NCBI GenBank assembly: GCA_040260805.1
Contig: JBDQPD010000037.1
Span: 1-32,378 of the forward strand
DNA length: 32,378 nucleotides
Reading direction: 5' to 3'
Origin: Myxococcota bacterium
Lineage (GTDB): Bacteria > Myxococcota > UBA4151
The position numbers and the translations under genes were made by a program. Under the pieces are notes generated by a model, which was given only the letters and a program-made list of their open reading frames with translations, had not been told where the DNA came from and did no database searches. Position 1 is the first letter of the stretch; each line of letters starts with the position of its first letter. Positions 27,049 to 32,378 of the stretch are shown here, piece after piece.

Positions 27049-27716
27049 CCTCTGGAATTATCGCCCCCTCCCTTTTAGCCTGTGACTTTTCTCGTATTGC
27101 TGAGGAGGTCGCTGCGGTTGAGCAGGCAGGAGCGGACTGGTTGCACCTGGACGTCATGGACGGTCGCTTTGTGCCCAATATTACCTTTGGCCCGCCGATC
27201 GTCTCAGCGATTAAGAAGGTCTCGACGAAGCCTCTTGATGCCCATCTGATGATCGTTGAGCCCGGTCGGTATATTGACGCGTTTGCTGCAGCGGGTACGG
27301 ATTGGCTCACCGTTCATGTCGAGGCTTCGCCTCACCTGCATCGTACCCTGCAGGCGATTAAGGCGACCGGCATGAAGGCTGGCGTGAGTTTGAACCCACA
27401 CACATCGCTCTCGAGCATCGAATGGCTACTTGAAGACTTAGACCTCGTCTTGTTGATGAGCGTGAACCCTGGATTCGGTGGTCAAAGCTTTATCCCAAGC
27501 GCGCTGTCTAAAGTGCGGCAGCTGCGTTCAATGATCGATGAACTTGACCCTTCAACCCGTCCGCTGATCTCAGTCGATGGAGGCGTCAAACCCGGGATTA
27601 TCGAGCCCTTAGTCGAAGCTGGTATTGATGTCGCTGTTGCGGGCTCTGCGGTCTTTGGTCAGCCTGATTATGCAGCGGCGATCGCTGGACTCAAGGCGCC
27701 ATTTCAAAAGCTTTGA
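27045..27716 (+). CDS. rpe: Ribulose-phosphate 3-epimerase
   Basis: [50 protein letters not shown]. Confidence 0.97.
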   Translation: MTSGIIAPSLLACDFSRIAEEVAAVEQAGADWLHLDVMDGRFVPNITFGPPIVSAIKKVSTKPLDAHLMIVEPGRYIDAFAAAGTDWLTVHVEASPHLHRTLQAIKATGMKAGVSLNPHTSLSSIEWLLEDLDLVLLMSVNPGFGGQSFIPSALSKVRQLRSMIDELDPSTRPLISVDGGVKPGIIEPLVEAGIDVAVAGSAVFGQPDYAAAIAGLKAPFQKL

Positions 27717-27772
27717 TGGAAATCTCATTGACGGCCTTGAGGGGAGGATTTACCCCCTGCGCCGCTTGAAAT

Positions 27773-27849
27773 CGGGGCGTAGCGCAGTTTGGTAGCGCGC
27801 TTGCTTCGGGAGCAAGAGGCCGGAGGTTCGAATCCTCTCGCCCCGACCA
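27773..27849 (+). tRNA. tRNA-Pro (anticodon CGG)
   Basis: Acceptor CGGGGCG/CGCCCCG-ACCA, D-arm GCGCAGTTTGGTAGCGC, anticodon arm CTTGC-TTCGGGA-GCAAG, T-arm GGAGGTTCGAATCCTCT; 77 nt with encoded CCA. Confidence 0.97.
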
Positions 27850-27857
27850 CAAGCTTT

Positions 27858-27890
27858 AGGCGGTCCCATTCGGGGCCGCCTTGTTTGTTT
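27858..27890 (+). terminator. Intrinsic terminator after tRNA-Pro
   Basis: Stem AGGCGGTCCC-ATTC-GGGGCCGCCT followed by TGTTTGTTT. Confidence 0.85.
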
Positions 27891-27895
27891 AAGGA

Positions 27896-28113
27896 GGCTA
27901 ATTAGTTTAGCCGGTTTGCAAGTCTTTGGCGTGCCTCGTTTTGTTGTTTGTCGAAAGGGGTAGGCTAATTAAATTAGCTATAAACTATATAGAATCCTGA
28001 TAATGCGGTTTTAATAAAAATTAATCATATTATCTAAGGTGGGCTTTGAGAGCTTTGAACCCTAAAGTTTTACTTGAAGTAGTCGAGTTATCTCAGAGGT
28101 AACTGAATTAGCT
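27896..28113. promoter_or_regulatory. Three GCTAA-N5-TTAGC palindromes, probable TetR operators
   Basis: GCTAA-TTAGT-TTAGC (27897-27911), GCTAA-TTAAA-TTAGC (27964-27978), GGTAA-CTGAA-TTAGC (28098-28112). Confidence 0.65.
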
Positions 28114-28127
28114 TATGGGGTGGAGTG

Positions 28128-28682
28128 ATGCGGCAGCCGATCAATCTTCAGCGGATCCTTGACGAGGCGGAGCAGCGAGTCGCTCGTGAGGGTTTGGATT
28201 CTTTGCAGATGGCCGAGCTTGCCAAGGCGCTCAAGGTCAAGCCGCCTTCGCTCTACAAGCACGTGCGCGACCTACAGAGTATCCGAGTGCAGCTCGCTCA
28301 GCGCGGATGGAACGCTTTATCTGAGCTCTTTGCCGATTTAGGTCGAGCAGGTGCTGAGCCGCGTCAACTGGGTCGGCGCTGGTGGCGTTATGCTGTAGAG
28401 CAGCCTGGTGCTTTTGAAGCCGCCGAGGCTCCAGCGCTTCAAGCGCATCCCAGCGTGGCTGCTGCGCGAGCGCGCGCCGACGCGCGCGCTGAGCGAATTT
28501 TTGAGAACGCCGGATTGACTGGTGATGAGGCGGAACACGCCTGGAGGGCGTTGCGGGTTTTGGTGGTCGGAATGAACCACCTGGTTCGCGATACAGGTGG
28601 ATCTAAACTGCCGATCGAGGACAGTTTTTCGAGGGCTTTAGGGGCTTTGTTTAGGGGGTGGCGCCGGCCTGTCCAGGGATAA
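28128..28682 (+). CDS. TetR/AcrR family transcriptional regulator
   Basis: N-terminal HTH ILDEA...VAREGLDSLQMAELAKALKVKPPSLYKHV. Confidence 0.9.
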   Translation: MRQPINLQRILDEAEQRVAREGLDSLQMAELAKALKVKPPSLYKHVRDLQSIRVQLAQRGWNALSELFADLGRAGAEPRQLGRRWWRYAVEQPGAFEAAEAPALQAHPSVAAARARADARAERIFENAGLTGDEAEHAWRALRVLVVGMNHLVRDTGGSKLPIEDSFSRALGALFRGWRRPVQG

Positions 28683-29988
28683 TCGTTTGCCGGGCGGTGG
28701 TGATCGCAGCTCGCCGTTGACGGCTCGGAGCGCTCGGGTCGTAGCCGTAGTTATCGCCGGTTTCTCCATAGAGCTCTGCGATCGCTTGCGAGCGCACTTC
28801 GATCTCTCGGTGATCTAAAGCCTCAAGCAACCACAGACTACGCGGCTCATGAGCATGTTTCGAGTACCAGCTCTGCCAGCCTGCTCGGCTCCACCGACTC
28901 TGGACGAGCGTAATTTCCGACAGACCGCGGAGCGCAAGCTCTTTAAGGCGCTCGTCTTCGAGTCGATTGATCAGCAAGGGGACGGCATCGGGATCACGAA
29001 AGCGGATCAACAGATCGAGCGCACGGCGATGGGCGTGCACTGCTCGTTTGTCGGCGACTAGCGTCCTCAGCTCTTTGAGCACTTCGACGGCGAACTCTTC
29101 GTGGCCGCGGCAGCGCTCAAGGACACGAGCCGCTGCGGTCGCAACGCCGCTTTCAGCCGAAAAGGCTAACGGCAAGACCTCGCGAGCCATACCAGAGTCC
29201 GGCCAACGCTCAAGGCAATGCAGCGCATCGTGACGCAGCTGAGAGTCAGCTGCGTTGATCATCAGTTTGAGGACTCGACTGCGGCTCTTGGGCAGGTGGG
29301 TCATCAAGGGCAAAAGCGCTTCAAGACCGGTATCAAGAAACCGTTTGGTCAAAGGGGTGGTGAGCCAGTCATCTAGGTGCGCTAGATTCTGAGCGGCAGC
29401 GCCGAGGGGGTCCTCTAGAGCTAACTGTAAGACCATGTCGGCGTCACGAACAGCGGCGCCCCCTGTCGGCATCGGATCATCAAGATGAGGCATAAGCCGC
29501 CGCTTTGGGTCGCTCGGCCAGCCGCCAGTATTTTGGCTAAGCGGCTCAGTAAACGGTGTGTTGAGCGCGTGGCCGCGTCGGTGCTCGAGTCGTTGAACCA
29601 ACAGATGAACCAGGTGACCTGCCACTCGACTCAGTTGCGCAAGGAAGACCGCGTTATGGTCGAGCCCAGAGCCCATTACCACGACAAACCCAAGGCTTAC
29701 ACCACGCCCTTGAAGCGGCCACCAGATCGTGGGCAGCGCGTCGGCATCCTCGGTCACGATCGACCGCCAGCGCTCTGCGTCGTCACAAATCCAGGGCTGG
29801 CCGCGCCGCAGCGCATCAAGGAGCTCTGGCTCATCATGGATCAAAAGGGGCTCGTCGAACTGAAGGGTTCCGGCCCCGGCGGCAAAGGTTAGACCCTCCC
29901 GGGTGAGCCCCAAAACGCCCGCAGCGGTTGCTGTGGAGAGCAGTCTGTTGAGTTCGCCTTCGGCGCGCTGACGCCATGCATTGCTCAT
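28651..29988 (-). CDS. GAF-like plus HEAT-repeat protein (C-terminus reminiscent of myxobacterial FrgA)
   Basis: N-terminal WPLQGRGVSLGFVVV GAF-like strand pattern; HEAT-like units (DSQLRHDALHCL, DPDAVPLLINRL, EIEVRSQAIAEL); start reassigned to ATG 29988. Confidence 0.7.
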   Translation of the reverse strand: MSNAWRQRAEGELNRLLSTATAAGVLGLTREGLTFAAGAGTLQFDEPLLIHDEPELLDALRRGQPWICDDAERWRSIVTEDADALPTIWWPLQGRGVSLGFVVVMGSGLDHNAVFLAQLSRVAGHLVHLLVQRLEHRRGHALNTPFTEPLSQNTGGWPSDPKRRLMPHLDDPMPTGGAAVRDADMVLQLALEDPLGAAAQNLAHLDDWLTTPLTKRFLDTGLEALLPLMTHLPKSRSRVLKLMINAADSQLRHDALHCLERWPDSGMAREVLPLAFSAESGVATAAARVLERCRGHEEFAVEVLKELRTLVADKRAVHAHRRALDLLIRFRDPDAVPLLINRLEDERLKELALRGLSEITLVQSRWSRAGWQSWYSKHAHEPRSLWLLEALDHREIEVRSQAIAELYGETGDNYGYDPSAPSRQRRAAITTARQTIIPGQAGATP

Positions 29989-30102
29989 CGATAACCCCCG
30001 GCCACACCTTGCGGGTACCAGAGCCAATCAACTGACGAAAGAGGGTGGAAAACCTGACGGCTGCGCGTGCATGCGTTACTCGTGTTGGCAGGCAGACCAA
30101 AG

Positions 30103-32378
30103 ATGACCAAAGCTATTCAACCTGAACGTTGGAAACTCGCGATTGTCGAGGCCGATGAAGGGGAAGCAAATGCGCTTGCGAGCCGCCTGCGAGACGGGCG
30201 ACTAGAAGTCCATTTCTTTGAGGATGATGACCCCCTCCCTAGGCTTCTTTCTGGTGGTTTCGATCTCGTTTTAGTGCGTCAGCATCGCTCCGGACCGGGC
30301 GGTCTGATGATCTGCAATCGGTTGCTCGAGGAGTTAGGTCAAAGGCGTCCGAATTGTTTTTTACTGGTCGATCAGCTCACGGATGAAGCGATCGAAAAAC
30401 ACCGAGAGGCAAAAGGAAGCGTGGACGCTTATTTTAAAGCATGGCCGGAACCTGAGGTGCTCACCGAGCAAGCGTTAGAGCAACTTGCGCAGCGCCCGAA
30501 GGACGAACAAACCGTACCTCCTGCGACCCACCAAGCGGTCAATGACCCGATGGAGGTCGAGGTTGAACTCCCCGAACCCGTCAGCTTGAGTGAGCTGCCT
30601 GCGCTTCAGAGCCAAGATGACGATGATGAGTTATTCGTCGGTGACTCTGATCGCCGAGTCGAGTTGTTGCGTGAGCGTCTTGGTGGTCAAGACCTTGAGC
30701 TAGCGAAGATGCGACGAGCGTGGCGACAGCGTGAAACAGCGCTGCGCAAAGCCGACGGGTATCTGCGGCAAAAAGACGTCGAACTCGAGCGCCTTAGACA
30801 TGATTACTCCAGGCTAAAACAAGAGCTCGAAACGCTTGAGGTTCAAGGCAGAACCGAGCTTGATGCCAGCGAGGCTCAGCGGAGCGAGCAAGCCAAAACG
30901 ATCGATCAGATCCAAGGCGAGCTTGAACAAGCTCGGGACCGGGCAAGGATTGAGCGCGAGCGTCGAGATAATGAAATTGCGCAGCTAAGCCGTGAGCTCG
31001 AACTCGCCGAAGAGGCTCGGAGTCAACTGATCGCTGAGCAGCGTCAAGCGCGTGAAGAGCAACGCCAAGCTGCGCAGGCGCTCAAGCAAGAGCAGCAAGC
31101 GACCGAGTCGGCTCTGAAAGACCGCCTCTCAGACGCTGATCAGAAAATGGCCGAACAGCGCGAGGAGAACGCTTCTCGTCTGGCTTCGATCGCTGACCTT
31201 AATTCAAAGGTAGACGCTCTGGCTGCTCAGCTCGCCGACCGAGCCAGCGAGCTCAGCGCCGCTTCTGCATTACGGGCTCAGCTCGATGAGCAGATTCAAG
31301 CGAGTCAAACAGCGCACGGCCAAGCAGAGGCTCAGTGGCAGCAGATCAAAGAACAACGCGCCGCACGGATCGCCGAGCTCGAGGCGCAACTTCGCCACGA
31401 ACAAGGCGAACGCCGAGCGGCTGAAGACGAGGCTCGAGTCCACGTTGAAAGCCTTGAGGCGCAGCGCGGGTCGCTCGAGGTCAGTTTATCGGAGCGACGA
31501 GAGGAGCTGATCTCGACCCGCACCCGTCTTGAGACCGAGCTTGAGCGCCAAGCCGCCCAGCTCGGGGAAGCTCGCCAAGAGGTCGCACAGCTCGTCACTG
31601 AGATGGAAGACCGATCGAATCAAGCCGAGCTCCGCGAAGAGCGCCAGCGTGAGGAGGCTGCTCAGCTCGCACGCAAGCTAGCGAGCGCCGAAGCTCGGAT
31701 CGAAGGACAAGACGAAACCTTACTGCGCGAGCGTGAGGCCGCTCAGCGAGCGACTGTAGATCATCAGCAGCGTGAACAAGAACGACGTGAAGAAGCGAGC
31801 GCGCTGCGCGTGCAGATTGAGGAGATTCAGCAGGCGCATGAGGCGGCCGCGCAGACCCTGCGGCAGCGGCTTGATGAAGCTGCAGAGCGCAGCGCTGCGG
31901 GTAAAGCGCTCGAAGCCGACCTGAAGGGTCGATTGCGCAGCGCCATGGAGGGTCGTGATCAAGCGGTGGCGCAAATTGAGCGCCAAGCTGGGGATCATCG
32001 CGGTCAACTTGAGGAGTACAAATCCGACCTGGCCGCTCGCCAGCAGCATATTGAGGGTTTAGAAGAAGCTCTGGGCGGACGTGATGAAACGATTAACGAG
32101 CTCGGCAGCACCGTGGCGGGCTTAGAGGTCGCCCTCGAGCAAACTCAAAATCAAGCTCATGAATGGAAAGAGCGCAGCGCCTTGGTTGAGAGTAAGGCTG
32201 AAAGCCTACTCGCTGATGTTGAGCGCTTGCGCGGTCAGCTCGATGCTCAAAACGAAGAGTTCATGACCCTGAAAGTAGCGCATAAAGACCAAGAGCATAG
32301 CTTGGTTGATCTGCGCACGGAGCTGACTCAAAATGAGGGTCAGCGTGTCGACCTAGAGAAGCAGCTTAACTTTTTGCA
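30103..32378 (+). CDS. Pseudo-receiver plus very long coiled-coil protein (AglZ/FrzS-like); runs off the window
   Basis: Manual translation MTKAIQPERWKLAIVEADEGEA...FDLVLVRQH..GGLMICNRL...AIEKHREAKGSVDAYFK, acidic/Pro linker, then E/Q/R/A/L-rich heptads. No stop found in the lines I translated and the frame is still open at 32378. Absent from the ORF track. Confidence 0.8.
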   Translation, partial: MTKAIQPERWKLAIVEADEGEANALASRLRDGRLEVHFFEDDDPLPRLLSGGFDLVLVRQHRSGPGGLMICNRLLEELGQRRPNCFLLVDQLTDEAIEKHREAKGSVDAYFKAWPEPEVLTEQALEQLAQRPKDEQTVPPATHQAVNDPMEVEVELPEPVSLSELPALQSQDDDDELFVGDSDRRVELLRERLGGQDLELAKMRRAWRQRETALRKADGYLRQKDVELERLRHDYSRLKQELETLEVQGRTELDASEAQRSEQAKTIDQIQGELEQARDRARIERERRDNEIAQLSRELELAEEARSQLIAEQRQAREEQRQAAQALKQEQQATESALKDRLSDADQKMAEQREENASRLASIADLNSKVDALAAQLADRASELSAASALRAQLDEQIQASQTAHGQAEAQWQQIKEQRAARIAELEAQLRHEQGERRAAEDEARVHVESLEAQRGSLEVSLSERREELISTRTRLETELERQAAQLGEARQEVAQLVTEMEDRSNQAELREERQREEAAQLARKLASAEARIEGQDETLLREREAAQRATVDHQQREQERREEASALRVQIEEIQQAHEAAAQTLRQRLDEAAERSAAGKALEADLKGRLRSAMEGRDQAVAQIERQAGDHRGQLEEYKSDLAARQQHIEGLEEALGGRDETINELGSTVAGLEVALEQTQNQAHEWKERSALVESKAESLLADVERLRGQLDAQNEEFMTLKVAHKDQEHSLVDLRTELTQNEGQRVDLEKQLNFL

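Noticed and set aside
27891..28113. Degenerate CRISPR array suggested by the 67/134-bp spacing
   Set aside because: Shared sequence is only about 15-17 bp, there is no copy at the intermediate position (about 28031), and no cas genes are present; operators explain it better.
27773..28682. Genomic island integrated at tRNA-Pro
   Set aside because: No integrase and no duplicated tRNA 3' end seen in the window; only the AT-rich spacer is suggestive.

Overview
GC-rich bacterial chromosome segment. It most likely comes from a Myxococcota/deltaproteobacterial lineage, inferred from the CdnL-type CarD, a TonB-domain-fused receptor, myxobacterial Cys-rich (DUF4215-type) repeats and an AglZ/FrzS-like receiver-coiled-coil protein. 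Most of the window is housekeeping: ispDF, carD/cdnL, crcB, dnaJ, mpl, thiolase, thiE-thiD, uvrA, rsmB, rpe and tRNA-Pro(CGG). Accessory surface lipoproteins and regulators are interspersed. Two long genes missing from the ORF track run off the ends: a collagen-stalk lipoprotein (<1..1075, minus) and a pseudo-receiver/coiled-coil protein (30103..>32378, plus). I found no CRISPR array, transposase, integrase or rRNA. Best leads: (1) a sigma54/IHF-type promoter driving a tiny uncharacterised protein plus comEA, divergent from uvrA where ssb often sits; (2) a DHH phosphoesterase with permuted motif order; (3) a sigma54-activator homolog with a natural Walker-B E-to-Q change heading thiE-thiD; (4) an orphan SPPY-type DNA methyltransferase behind a structured leader; (5) three palindromic operators before a TetR gene; (6) apparent CGATCG/HIP1-like over-representation. 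All functional calls come from motif recognition by eye; no database searches were run.
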